From assembly GCA_044892525.1 (NCBI GenBank), contig CM097885.1:9798001-9862000 (forward strand): DNA of 64,000 nt, read 5' to 3'. Position numbers and translations under genes: made by a program. A model generated the notes under the pieces. That model was not told the DNA's origin and did not search any database. It saw only the letters and a list, made by a program, of their open reading frames with translations. Shown piece after piece: positions 36,453-48,924 of this stretch. Source of the DNA: Schmidtea polychroa (taxonomy: Eukaryota). Positions within the stretch are counted from its first letter, which is position 1, and every line of letters begins with the position of its first letter.

Positions 36453-38559
36453 TTTTTATAGATGATAAGCCAAATAATAATATCTTTATTTTTTGTTAGT
36501 ATTGTTTGCAGGGCCGGATTAAGGTGAAGAAAGGCTCTAGGCTAATCTAGGTACGAGGCCACACCTAGACATATATTCACTTTCCGTACGAAGCACATAA
36601 AGGCCGAAGACAAGAAATTTTTTGGACCCCTTTTTAAGCACAATTGAATTAGACTATTACTAAAGTTGAATATTTGAATCGCTGTAAATTCATATGAAAC
36701 AATTAAAAATATTATGTCTACAGTACGTGAAATTTATTTATGAGTTAAATTTTTACTTACTTGAAGGATAATGAACATATATAGGCTTAGTATCTTCCAG
36801 AAGTTAAGACATGCAAACTATCTTATAATTTGAAGGTCTATTTGCTGCTACTTCGAACTGCTGCCAATAATGTTTTATTTATGATAAATTAATGCATTAA
36901 TTTACTAAGTCTAATAAAAAAATGTTGTAAGGATAATAAATTATTTTATTTATATTCTCAACGCCAGATGTGGCAATTACAAATACATTTAATAAATCTC
37001 AACATTAACAAAGAAACATTATAATAAAAATTGTTTGACTACAAAAAAGAAAAATACGCATGTTAACGTCACCATATTTTCTATAAAATTAAATTCTATA
37101 TTAATTGGTGAATTATGAGTTGAAATTTCGCCTCTGCGTTTTTTTCTTTGAAATTGGATTAATTTGTGTGCACACACAGGCACGGACAATTGTTTTGAGT
37201 TGAATAATCGAGTTTTTGGAGATATCGGTTTTGGATTTTGTTTGGTGATAAAATGTTTGGATTTTTATGTGAATATGGAAGTTTATTTAAAAAAAGACTT
37301 GTTTAAATTTTGTAGTTTTTTCTGTGAATTTAAAAATAAAAAGATTTAAAATTCGTTTGGCGTGCTGATTTTGAAATGGAAAAAGTAGTTTGGGACAATA
37401 AATAGAGAGTTGTATTCATTGTTGAAATATCTAATTGTATGAAGTTTAGAAGATTGCAAACAGATTGATATATTATATGGACATTCAGAATCAATAACGA
37501 AATTAATCAACGAAACTAACTCATTCCTTTTAAGTGTGGATTTATGTGATTATGTAATCGTATGAAAATTAAATCTTTATCAAATGATGTTTACTAAATT
37601 CAAATCAGTTGAAGTTTCAGAAATTATTTAAGTGGATCGTTGATCCACTATTCAAATATGAATTTCTATATGTTTGAACAATAAAACTGAAACAGACACA
37701 TGGAAATTTTGGACACAAATTTATATAAATTGAACTTTATGCTTGCCGTTATCCCCGAACATGAGTTATTACTATATGAGGAATCAAGTCAAAGGCATTA
37801 AGTTGATGCTTCGAAAGAATATGATGTTCAATACCAAATCGAGTTTATCAGAACAAATATGTTCCTTTCGACAATTAAACATGATAGCAGAGCGAGGTTC
37901 TCTTTAGGGGGCTACGCACCAGGAAAGAGAACAATTGCAAAGATTATACAATTCTTGATCAATGGTGATTTTTGTTTTGAATTTTATTTGTATAGATATT
38001 TAAAATATGTAAATTTGACCAACCTTCATTCCCTATCAAGCGTTAAAAAGTGCTGCTATGGGTCCCAGCATTCTTTTAAAGTGGGTATCCATGAAACGTT
38101 CCTTCTTGAATTGCCATCAAATTTTCACATGTCCGTAACTCGAGCTTCTTAGAAAATTTGTAATTTTCTTGGATGATGATGAAGCTTCAAAAACATATTT
38201 TTTGTTTACTAATTCTAGAATAGTCTTCAATAGCTGATCGGTCACGACTACTAATATCAAATTGACCTAAACAAATGGTGCATTTTACTAATTTTTTTTT
38301 AAATTCCGTCTTCAATTTTTCATTAAATGTATTTAATCGTCTCTTTTTAAATTGCTCACTCATTTTATCTGCAACAAAAATATTATTTATTAATGTACTT
38401 TTTTATCTTAAATTTTCATAAAAATTACTCAAAAAACAGAATAACGTCATATGGTCATATATAGATACTTACAATTACTTAATATTTTATGAAAAGTCAT
38501 CTTTAAATTTGTTTTGTAATTTATTTTTATTTTAGGACACATAAACAAAATATTTCTTC

Positions 38560-39994
38560 TAACTAATTTAAAATTTGTTAATTTTTTGAAAACGCGTACA
38601 TTTCGCGTAAACTTTCCAGGTTGAGTACTAGGTCTTCCAGATTTTTTAGTGTGGATATGATATTTTGTAATTATCTTTTCTATCAAGGTTTTTCTAAATT
38701 CCAAATTGTTACTTTCGCCTCCATTTTTTCGGTACAACACAAGTGCGTTCCACACCGAAATATCTATTAAATGAAAAAATACTTTTTTGTAGTAATTTCC
38801 CCCCGCTTTCTCGTGGTTGGATGGTGTTGATCCAGACTATCTACACCTCCCATAGTGTCATTATAGTCGATGACGACTTTCGGTTTGGAAATGGCATTTC
38901 CCTCTCTATCTCTTTTTCCTGTTGCCTCCATTTGTGGATAATGGACTGTAGATAGAAGAAACACGGCGTTCTTATCTTGCCATTTAGCAGCATAACTTTG
39001 CCCCTTTGAAACGCAATCATTTCTCGCTTCTTCAACTTTTTCTTTTGTAATTCCGCGGGAACTTCTTTACGATTCAGACGCACGGTTCCATACGTGTCTG
39101 TTTTCTCCTTGATAAGTATGTCTGCTAATTGAGGTGACGTATAAAAATTGTCCGTTGTTAGGCAATATCCCATTCCATAAGTGATAATACAACTTTGGAA
39201 GACATAGGTAAATCCTTGTATTTATCATTTATTTTTGTACCTTTCCCTGTATATATTATACTGGAATATAAGTAACCCGACTTTGACTCGCATAGACAAT
39301 ATAGTTTGATTCCAAATCTAGCCCTTTCAGTGGAATATATTGCACCCAACTTAGACGCCCTTTATAGAGCATCAAACTTTCATCAATGCTAATGTCCCTT
39401 TCGGGAAAATATAATGAGCTACTTTTATTATTTATGCTCTCGAAGACAGGCCATATTTTGTTTAGTTTGGGCTGTGGATGAGTTTCAGGATTGTAGTCTT
39501 CATTGTTAGAAAAATGAAAATTCTTTTGAATATCTTCTGCAAGGGAGTAGTTTCGAGAAGATGGGTGTTTCAAACACTTCTGAAGTTTTCTAGAACATTC
39601 TTTCCTCTGGTTTTTTTCACGATGCCTTGGAGTACTTTCATTCCAAAAAAACGTGTAATTCTTTAGCAGTAACTGGCAACCACGATCTTGATGCTGATCA
39701 TGACTGCTGTTCCCCAAATCTATTTGTTTCCGTAATAATGTGATTGATCAGAGAATCATCAAAAAATAATTGATAATATGCTAAAACATCAAGTTGTTCT
39801 GGCAGTGCAAAAGTGCAGCCAGTAGCCACAGGGACCGGCGCAGGGACCGGCTGATTTGTACTTATAGTATACCAATTTCTCGCTAAATCCAAATTGGCCT
39901 CATCGTCGCTTACCTCGGATTTAGTTTCGGTATAATCACTTTCTTCGGAATCACTTTCCGATAGATTGACATATTCTGACTCACTATCGCTCAT
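38560..39994 (-). mobile_element. piggyBac (PGBD4-like) transposase pseudogene
   Basis: ISIDESLMLYKGRL, FGIKLYCLCESKSGY, LTTDNFYTSPQL, GTVRLNR, KPKVVIDYNDTMGGVDSLDQ; several frameshifts. Confidence 0.92.
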
Positions 39995-41552
39995 TTTCAA
40001 AGATGTTTTACTGAAATAACATATAAAAATAATATAATAAAGAAAATAATTCAAAAAAATAAAATAAATGTATTATTTATATATTATTATATTCTAAATT
40101 CACTTACCAAAAAATTATGATGACAATAAGGCACAAATTAGATTTATTGAATTAGTTTTACTGAAATAAGCATATAAAAAATAATATAATAAAGAAAGTA
40201 ATTCAAAAAAAATTAAATAATTATATTATGTATATATTATTATATACAAAATTCACTTACCAAAAAATTATGATGACAATAACAATATCATAAGTAAATA
40301 TAATGTTTGCCCGTCTATGTCACGGGCTAGTACATTAAGTGGTTAAGTAAGTGGATCTTGAATTAGTTCCGTATTTTCATTTTGAGTTTGTGCAATGGTT
40401 GTTTCCTCACATACAGCTAGGTGTACTTCAGTGAGATTTTCTTCCAGTTGATGTTGAGTAGTAATGGTTGATGCATGCATGTAAGCAGAGATTGGTGTGA
40501 TGTTCTTTACCTCACGCTCTTGAAGTTGCTTTCTCTTGCACTTGCTAGCGTCACTTTTAAATTTTTTGCTCATGCTAAATTAGTATCTAAAATTAAATAA
40601 GAAAATATATACAAAGCCACATAATATACATTTTAAAATATACCTGCTAAAAATATATATAAATAAATCATTAATAATTACTATAATAAGAAATAAATAG
40701 TAAATAAAAATTACTATACTTAGAAAATAGTATTTAAACAAAAATAGTAAATAAATAATTACTATAAATAGAATTAGTATCTTTAAATTAATATATATCG
40801 GTATTTTTAACATAAAAAGTACATTTAATGATATTATTTAATAATATTTCAGGTGTTTCAATATACGACCAGTTAATCTGACTATTTGCTAATATATTTT
40901 ATAATTTTATATATGGAACAGTTGCTTCCTTTTTTCGTGACGGAGCTACCTTCACAGAAAGCTGATAATAGCAAAATTTCGATAATGAATAAATCCAGTT
41001 TGAATAAGAATTTATTGTAATTAACATTGTTGGAGATCTTGACCACCATCAGATATATCATTGTTAATAAAACGAAAGCTTCTGTTGAATATTTTGCCAT
41101 CTTGTTTTTTGAGATAAGTCTGCTTTTCTTCTTTTCTTCTTCTGCATTTTTTGAAAAGATTCTTTTTGCTTCTGTTTTGTTATTTGAAAGTCTACTTCAC
41201 GCTTATTATTAGTTATATAAACAAACCTTTTAAATATTTAATTAATTATAAAATAATTAAATTAAATAAAACAATAATGAGAAGGCACTACACCTTTTTC
41301 TTTTATTTTAATTATTTTTTTCGTTTAATAAAGTAAAACATTCTTCTAAGAAGATATCACTTAATGGTCTAACATAATTTGAAATAACAAATGATTGAAA
41401 TTCGTCATCTTTTTCCATTTGAGATATTAAACGAATTATTATTATATAAATTATTATTAAATTTATATTATTATTAGAAGAAGATTTAACTTTATTCATA
41501 AGTCGTTTCCGAAATATATATTATTAAAACAAAACAATTTTTCAATATTGTT

Positions 41553-44056
41553 TAGTGTTTCCAAATTACTCGATTTTTTGTAATACTCGGTTATTCGAGT
41601 ATTACAAAAAAAATTGGGCGAGTACTCGGTTACTCGAAACTAAAATTAAATAATTAAAGATTAAATAATTAAAGATAAATAATTAAAGAATTTAATTAAA
41701 TTTTATTAAATATATCAAATATTTATTGTATATATAACTTTTTATTTATTTAAGAAATAATATTTAAGAAAAATTAGCGCATTTAAGGTTTCTGGGTTCA
41801 TTCTGTTTCGGATTTTCGTCTTCAAAGTGCCAGCTACTGAGAAGACTCGTTCGGAGGCTGTAGAAGTTGGCTTTATTGTCAATAGTGCATTGTACAATTT
41901 CTCAAGTTGTTCAGAACGTTTACCTTTATTTACTTCAAGTAGCTTACATTCTTTTTCCAAACTTAAATTTCGGGTATTTTGGTGTATAGGTTTTGTAAAC
42001 GAAGAAATACACTTTTGTAATTTCTTGTATGGGTTTAGCAACTCAGGCTCCTCATCTTCATTAGTGCTTGAACTTTCAGAATGGTTGGGAAATAAACGGT
42101 TCATTATTTTTGTTGCAAATCCTTTAACTTTATGTTTAGTTGAATATTCAAAAAATTTGTTATTTTCAGGATACACGCCGTGGTGTAGAAATGATAATAG
42201 AGTAACCAATTCTTTATTTCGACGTTTTTCAATTCGAGATTTCAAATTAAACAAGAATTCTGTCGCGAGCGGAGTTTTAATCAATTCTAATTCTTGAAAC
42301 ACATATAGTAATGTTGCGTCTCCAGTCAATAAATTAGAATTTTGTTTACTCAATTCCAAAACAGCTATTTTTGCCGGTTCTAAAATTGAAACAATTTCTT
42401 TTAACAATTCAATATTATCATTTTTATAAGGTGCTACCCCTAGCTCGACCAAAGCACGATTAACTGAGTTTATTAATTTTAAAAATCGCTCAGTTGCCAA
42501 TACTAAACTACTCCATCTAGTCTTTATATCTAAGAGCAAACGTAAACAATTTCCCTCATTTTGGCTAGTATATTTTTTTAAAATTTCGCTTCTTAAAGAT
42601 GATTTTCTAAAGAATTTTATAATTTTTCTCATTTCATCTATCGCGATTTTATGTGTTGTTCGAAGCTCCACTGTTTCTAGTTCTGAATGTAAAAAATCGT
42701 CGTTTTCCAGTTCATCTATTATTTCATTAGATTCCGCTTGATCTTCATCATTTTCAAAAAATTCTACATCATCATCTTCGGTAGCATCGACATAACCAGG
42801 TTCATTACGTTTTGAGTAAAAAGTTTCAATGACGGCTAGGTGAAAAGCGTGGTTATAGCATAATTGGCTTTCAGCTGATATAATTTTGCCGTATTTCACC
42901 ATTACGTTTGCACCATCGTGCGCGGAAGCAACTATGTCAGAATCAAAATCTACTCCAAATTCTTTCAATCGATTGAATACTAGTTCTTCGGTTTTTTCAG
43001 ATGTGCAGCTTTCTATAATCGGAACCAAACCAAGAACAATTTGACTCGAAATAGATTGCAGTGTGACATTAAGATATCTTCTTAAAGCGATATCAGTCCA
43101 TTCATCGACCGTAATTGTAAATTTTTGTCCTGATTTAATTTTGGCTTCTAAATTATGCTTAGTTTCAGCTTTTTTTTCTTTGAAAAATGTTAGAAAGTGT
43201 TTTCGAACAGTTGATACGCTGGTTGGCATTTTGTAATTACGACTGTTTACAAAGCAGCGAACTGCATCGCATTTGACAATTGTACGAAATGGAATACCAT
43301 CTTTTGTTGCGCATTTCGATATAATTTCCTCCAGTGATTCTCTTTCTCTACTGATAAATGTTAACATACCACTAACTTTAGGTATTTTGGATGTGCTTGG
43401 TCCTAGCGAATCATCAGCAGAATTTTGAACATTCCTTTTGGTTTGAGGTTTTAAACTGATATCATGTTTTTTTAAATGATTTATCATTCCAGTTGTGGTA
43501 CCACCTTTAATGGATATCTTATTCGTACATAAATCGACTTGACATTGCGCAATTTCTGATGATAATTTTTTGAAATAATCCCAAACTTTCGATTTGTTTG
43601 TGGCCATTATGGATTAGAGGATATCTATAAATTATATTTTCGAAATTCAAACAAAATAAAAACAAACCTAATTTTTATACACATAATTATTATTGTAATT
43701 AATAATTATACTTACGATGTGTGATCTGTGTTCTGTGATGAACGCGTAAAAGTGTAAAATATTTCACTGAATTAAATACAATTTCTTAAACTAGAAAAAA
43801 ATCTTACAGTTAAGAAAAATAGTATTTTTAATATTTAATTCTTATAATTTTGCTTGCTTAATTAAGAAAAATAGAAAATATTGAATGTTACTATAGCAAC
43901 CAATATCATAATTTCTGATAATTTTTGCTTGAAAAAAAAATTATATCTAAAGTAACTACTCGGTTACTCGACGTAATTACCCGGTTAACCGAATAATGGA
44001 AAATATCTGAAAATAGACGAGTACTCGGTTACTCGATTATTCGTTTGGAAACACTA
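41553..44056 (-). mobile_element. Full-length hAT transposon with perfect 13-bp TIRs and 8-bp TSD
   Basis: ATATTGTT|TAGTGTTTCCAAA ... TTTGGAAACACTA|ATATTGTT; subterminal GTACTCGGTTACTCGA repeats. Confidence 0.95.
41742..43607 (-). CDS. hAT transposase, 621 aa (BED finger, DDE, dimerization domain)
   Basis: VWDYF..C..C..GTTTGMINHLKKH; TVDEWT; AHDGA; CYNHAFHLAV; KTRWSS; PTSTASERVFS. Confidence 0.95.
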   Translation of the reverse strand: MATNKSKVWDYFKKLSSEIAQCQVDLCTNKISIKGGTTTGMINHLKKHDISLKPQTKRNVQNSADDSLGPSTSKIPKVSGMLTFISRERESLEEIISKCATKDGIPFRTIVKCDAVRCFVNSRNYKMPTSVSTVRKHFLTFFKEKKAETKHNLEAKIKSGQKFTITVDEWTDIALRRYLNVTLQSISSQIVLGLVPIIESCTSEKTEELVFNRLKEFGVDFDSDIVASAHDGANVMVKYGKIISAESQLCYNHAFHLAVIETFYSKRNEPGYVDATEDDDVEFFENDEDQAESNEIIDELENDDFLHSELETVELRTTHKIAIDEMRKIIKFFRKSSLRSEILKKYTSQNEGNCLRLLLDIKTRWSSLVLATERFLKLINSVNRALVELGVAPYKNDNIELLKEIVSILEPAKIAVLELSKQNSNLLTGDATLLYVFQELELIKTPLATEFLFNLKSRIEKRRNKELVTLLSFLHHGVYPENNKFFEYSTKHKVKGFATKIMNRLFPNHSESSSTNEDEEPELLNPYKKLQKCISSFTKPIHQNTRNLSLEKECKLLEVNKGKRSEQLEKLYNALLTIKPTSTASERVFSVAGTLKTKIRNRMNPETLNALIFLKYYFLNK

Positions 44057-44949
44057 ATATTGTTGGGTTCTTCAGAATTAATTATTTGATTACTTGACAT
44101 AAATAAGAAGATTTGAATTTCTAATTTTTATTATATATCACATTTAAAAAATATTATATCAAATAATAGGTTCTATACAGTCCTCCGCCGATGTCATGGA
44201 GGGACATTTTAGTTTGTGGGCTTATGTTTGTTTCAATATTTTATTATTATTTTGAGTTCATTGAGACTTCTATTGTATTTTGTTAGCTACCTCTATTGTC
44301 GATCCTTTGATTCCTTGATGATTGCGTCTTGTCATAATGCTGTAACCTAAAGTTCATACGAAGGGTAGGACCTAATACGGTAAAATCTCAACCACACTGA
44401 TCTCAAACTAATATCTATAGATACCCACAAAAATAACCTATTTTGATGTAAACTAAAATTCTCTATCGTAAATGGTTTTCCTATGAGCAAATTCCCCGTC
44501 AGCTTACTGACACGTTTCTTTATGTATAAACTAATCATATTTCCTGTAAAAATGTTTTTCATTAGACCTAAAAGCTGTTGAAGAAATTATTTACAGGCAT
44601 ATATTTCTTCTAAATATAATATATGGAAGTAAGGTAAGATGTGGACTCGGGAACAAAGACATATGACTCATCATATGACTCATCACTATGATTCATCAAA
44701 TAAAATTGATAATCAGTTTACTATTCAATATATTTTCCAAATTATTTAAATCATTGGAAAAATCTTTAATATCTTTGGTCACCTTTGATCTGCTGCAACA
44801 TTTTTATTATTATTATTTTTCGGTCATCAATATAAAAAAAGAAAGCTCAATACATAAAAATTTATTAAATTAAATCAACAATCTTAGAATAATGGTATCT
44901 TCTAAGGGTTTTTACTAATTCCCATTCCACATATCGCCAATAGCGGCCG

Positions 44950-45260
44950 AAACACCATGGATATTTTGTTTCCATTTCTTTCTCCTTATATAACTCTCGA
45001 TATCCTATTGGAATTTATTGAATATATCAAATATCCGGATTTGGGTGTCATTGTATACCAGATCTGGTATGATCTCTGGTTCCCTGTCCGTCCATCAGAA
45101 TTTCATTCAATTTAAGATAGAAATACTTGAGGCGATTTAACATCGCTTTGGAATATTCATCCGTAAAAAATATTAATCCTCTTTCTAAATTCATAAAAAT
45201 ATCTGCAAATAATAAAAAAATATAAAAATAATATAAAAACTCTTTAAGAGATTTACGTAC
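44950..45260 (-). pseudogene. Frameshifted homolog of the unknown ORF at 62356-62646
   Basis: FFTDEYSKAMLNRLKYFYLKLNEILMDGQG/..IIPDLVYNDTQIRIFDI versus LFTDEYHAIILERLHFYYSQMYVILKDRDGAIIPDLIYNETKTWIFDI. Confidence 0.65.
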
Positions 45261-46269
45261 ACACTCCTTAAGGACCATGAAGTAGTTCGACCTCCGGCTG
45301 ACCCGAACAAAAAGAGCCATATAATAAGAGATTAATATAATATAAATAATGCATGTGTGCATGTACTATGAGGATATTAACAAATTGAATGTTTGACTGA
45401 ACAACGACGCAGGAATACCAGTACGCCGTTGAACATTCGTACATAAAAAAAAACAAGCAAAAAATTTAATAAAAAGAAAACATCAAATATGGAATTACTT
45501 TAATCTTACATAAATCATAACTACATGATAATAATAAAAATTCAATCATATATACTCACTATGTAGATTGGAAAAATTTCTGTTCAAAATTTGGCATAAA
45601 ATAATGATTAATTCTGACTGAAACGTGTCAGTATATATACCTATTTTGTACACGTGTATGTATTGATGCATTAAAACAAACTCGAATTCTTTTTATTCCA
45701 GAATTTTCTATTTTGCGATTTTGATATTTTTAATGGCAATTTTTTGTGCCATAATTTTTGTTTTTATTTTTAAATTTTTATTTTTTAATTATTTTTCGTT
45801 AATTTGACGTCCATGATGGATTTGGAACGGTTCCAGAACATTCTATTTTACTTTTAATTTAATTTTTATTCTAACTGGTGTTTTATGAATTTTCTTTTTA
45901 AGATTTATTATTTTTAATACTAATTTATTTATTTTCTCTAACTTTTATTTCTAGCTGGCTTTTGTGATGGTCATCGCCATTTTAATGGAATGTTCTGGGT
46001 TTTTCTGGAATTTTTTCGGTTTTTATCGTCTTTTAAGTTATTCGAGTCTGTTTTATGTTTATCTGTGTTTATTTGGTTATTTTCGAGTTCTATTTTGCAT
46101 AACCTCTTGCTTTTGGTATAATTTTATTTAATTTCTGTGTTTAGGTTTTTGTTGTTTTTTTTCCTTAAATTACTATTGTTTATTTGGTGTAGTTTTTTAA
46201 TATTTAACTATACTTTTTGCTTTTTGCATGCTGTGTACTTACACATTTCAGTCATAATTAGAAATTTGG

Positions 46270-46744
46270 GTCTAGAAGTCAGTTCTAGCCCAACACCCGT
46301 ATGTTTTCTTGTTCATTTTTTCTTATATCTTTGAAATTCTTTCTTAATTGAAAGCACTGGTGTTTGAAATGACCTGCTCTGTGACAATGATAACATTTAA
46401 CATTCGGACATTCTGCTCTTCTATGGCCTTCTTCATGACATGCCCAGCATCTGAACTTTGGTCTATTGTTTGTTTGGAATTCTTGATTATTAAAATTCGA
46501 TTGTTTGTTCTGATATTCTCGATTCTGTTTTGGCTTATTTCTTTGACGTATTTCTTCTAGGCATATCGTTATATCTGCGTAATATTGGTCTTGCTGGAAT
46601 ATTTACAGCTTTTTTTACCATATCCGCATATCTCGTTTCAGTTCCCACAACTGCCATCGAGTCACTGTTTCGATTTAATTCTATAATTACTTTCTCGTGT
46701 TTTTTAATTTTCTTTTTCATTTCATTCACAGATTTTTTATTCAT
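46270..46744 (-). mobile_element. LTR-retrotransposon gag remnant with two CCHC knuckles
   Basis: CWACHEEGHRRAECPNVKCYHCHRAGHFKHQC at ~46355-46450. Confidence 0.8.
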
Positions 46745-46824
46745 TTAAATCTATTTAAATCATCCATTTAATTACTTTCACAATCATTTTTGCGCGATTT
46801 TCTTCTAACTCTTCATTATTTTTA

Positions 46825-46955
46825 AAACTAATGCCGTGTTTAATTTTCAAGTGCATTTCGAGAGCCGATGTCGATCCTCCATTGCATTTCATATATTTAC
46901 GACATTTAGCTGTCTCTGTGGTAAAATCCTTGTCGAAATAGCTCCAAACGCTGGA
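46825..46955 (-). mobile_element. BED zinc-finger fragment (hAT 5' end)
   Basis: WSYFDKDFTTETAKCRKYMKCNGGSTSALEMHLKIKHGI. Confidence 0.6.
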
Positions 46956-47569
46956 TTTTTCGAATTGATTTTTGATGGTTGCTAAAATATTTTATAAATA
47001 TATCAATTTTAACTATACACACATATAATATATTGATATTTTGATTTAAGTTTGAATTTATAACAAATAACATTTTTTTATAAAATTTGTAAAAAAATGT
47101 TTTTATTTTACTAAACACTTATAACATACAATACACGTAATATAAATTACCTGATAGACTTGTTGATTGCAATTATGGGCACGTGTTGTGAAGTGAAATT
47201 AACGACTGATTTTTGTAGTCTATTTATGCTTTGCGTCGTCGTAGAAAAATATAACAATAGAATCTATTTTTGATCGTTTCATACTCTCCGCAGCCAATAA
47301 TTCATTGCAGATCAAACAAAGAGGTTGTTAATTACCATTACAAATTTGAAATGTAAAGCCAAATTGAAGAAAAGACTCATCATATTTTCTTTTTCGCACA
47401 TTAAATGGTTGTTTTTCATTCTTATTTAAGTTCAGCCATTTATCCATGGCCAAAAATTATTTTGAAAAAATCTCGCTTAGTTGCATTAAAAATCTCTCGC
47501 GTCCCCAGAATTATGCTAAGCGACCCCATTTGGGGTCGCGACCCATAGTTTAAGAAGGCCTGCAATAGA

Positions 47570-48040
47570 TAGTTAACTGACCCTTTCCCAAAAAAAGTAC
47601 CTGAACGAACCTCTTCCAATCAACAAATTCTAAAAGATTATTTTTTGGTAGGGTGTTCCTATTTGATTATTGTCACAAAGACAACTATGACGATTAAAAG
47701 TGTCAATATTTCCAAAACCGTGTTAACATCTAGGACACCATTTACAATAAATTCTGACTGGGGTAATAGAAGCATTTCTGCAATTTAAAAATTTATTTAA
47801 GTCGCTGATACCTACGTAATGAAAAGCCTTTCTTTTTTTTAATAAAAGTAAATTTATGGGTGTTTCGCTTACAACTTTACTAATGCAGTTTCATCATATG
47901 ACAACACATTAATTGAATAGCCAGGATTAAACATTTCAAATCGATTATTTTCACTTAGTTTCATTGGCATATCATTTGGGTCAAAACGAAGTGAGGAAAG
48001 ATTATAAGAAGATGGTTGACTGCGTAAATCATCATCAGTC
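47570..48040 (-). pseudogene. Divergent Polinton pPolB N-terminal fragment, cut by the TIR at 48041
   Basis: SSYNLSSLRFDPNDMPMKLSENNRFEMFNPGYSINVLSYD...INLLLLKKRKAFHYVGISDLNKFLNC aligns with the neighbouring pPolB. Confidence 0.75.
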
Positions 48041-48920
48041 AGTAGGAAGATAGTAGCCTACGGCAGCAATAGGGGGGGGGTTAAAAATATTGCAAATTTT
48101 GATTGCATAATTTTTGCCGTAGACATTTTTTTTTGATTATATAATCGATGCCGTAATGCCCAATGATTTTTTTTCTAGGATTTTCAATACAAAAGCCAAG
48201 AATAAGTCAGTATTATTTGGGTGGGTCTCATTGGTCCCGAGAATTTCAATAGAAAAGGTGGTCTACATTAAAAAAGCATAATAAATTTTTAAATTAAAGC
48301 AAATTATGGGTCTAAAATTTTCAATTAAGTAAAGTATGGGTTAATTAAGTAAATTAAGGTTCAAATTTTTGAATTACAGTAAATTATGGTTCTTAAATTT
48401 AAAATTAAAGTAAATGATTGTTCAAAAATTGAATTACAGTAAATTAAGGGTCTAAAAATTGAAATACAGCAAATTATAGGCTCAGATTTTTAAATTAAAG
48501 TAAATTAATAGATATATTTGGTAATCAATGGGCTGAAATAAGTAAATTAAGTTTCAAATTTTTAAATTAAAGTAAGATTTTAAAATTTATTAACAAAAAG
48601 TTGGAATAATAGTCAGTAATTGAGAATTGAAATTTTTTAATGAAATTTGTTAATAGAAATTTTTTAAGATTAATTTTAATGAAAATTTTAATGGAATAAT
48701 TTTCAATGAAAATTTTAATGGAATAAATTTTAAGTAAATTTTTTTAATGAAATTTTTTTATAGATTAATAATAATAATAATAATAATATTATTTCAACCA
48801 AATACTATACAACACATTAAAATTAACTAAACACATAAAAATAACTAGACACATAACAAACATAAAAATTTACCAAACAAATAAAAAGAACAAATGTAAA
48901 GATATAAACTTTTATTTAAT
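48041..48920 (+). repeat. Polinton-like terminal repeat A (AGTAG start, poly-G, ~28-bp AAATTAAAGTAAATTA-type tandem repeats)
   Basis: Divergent inverted counterpart ends at 58878. Confidence 0.75.
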
Positions 48921-48924
48921 CAAA

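Noticed and set aside
41827..42297. Antisense ORFs (also 54158-54550, 56164-56505, 33552-33920)
   Set aside because: They are shadows of real ORFs on the opposite strand.
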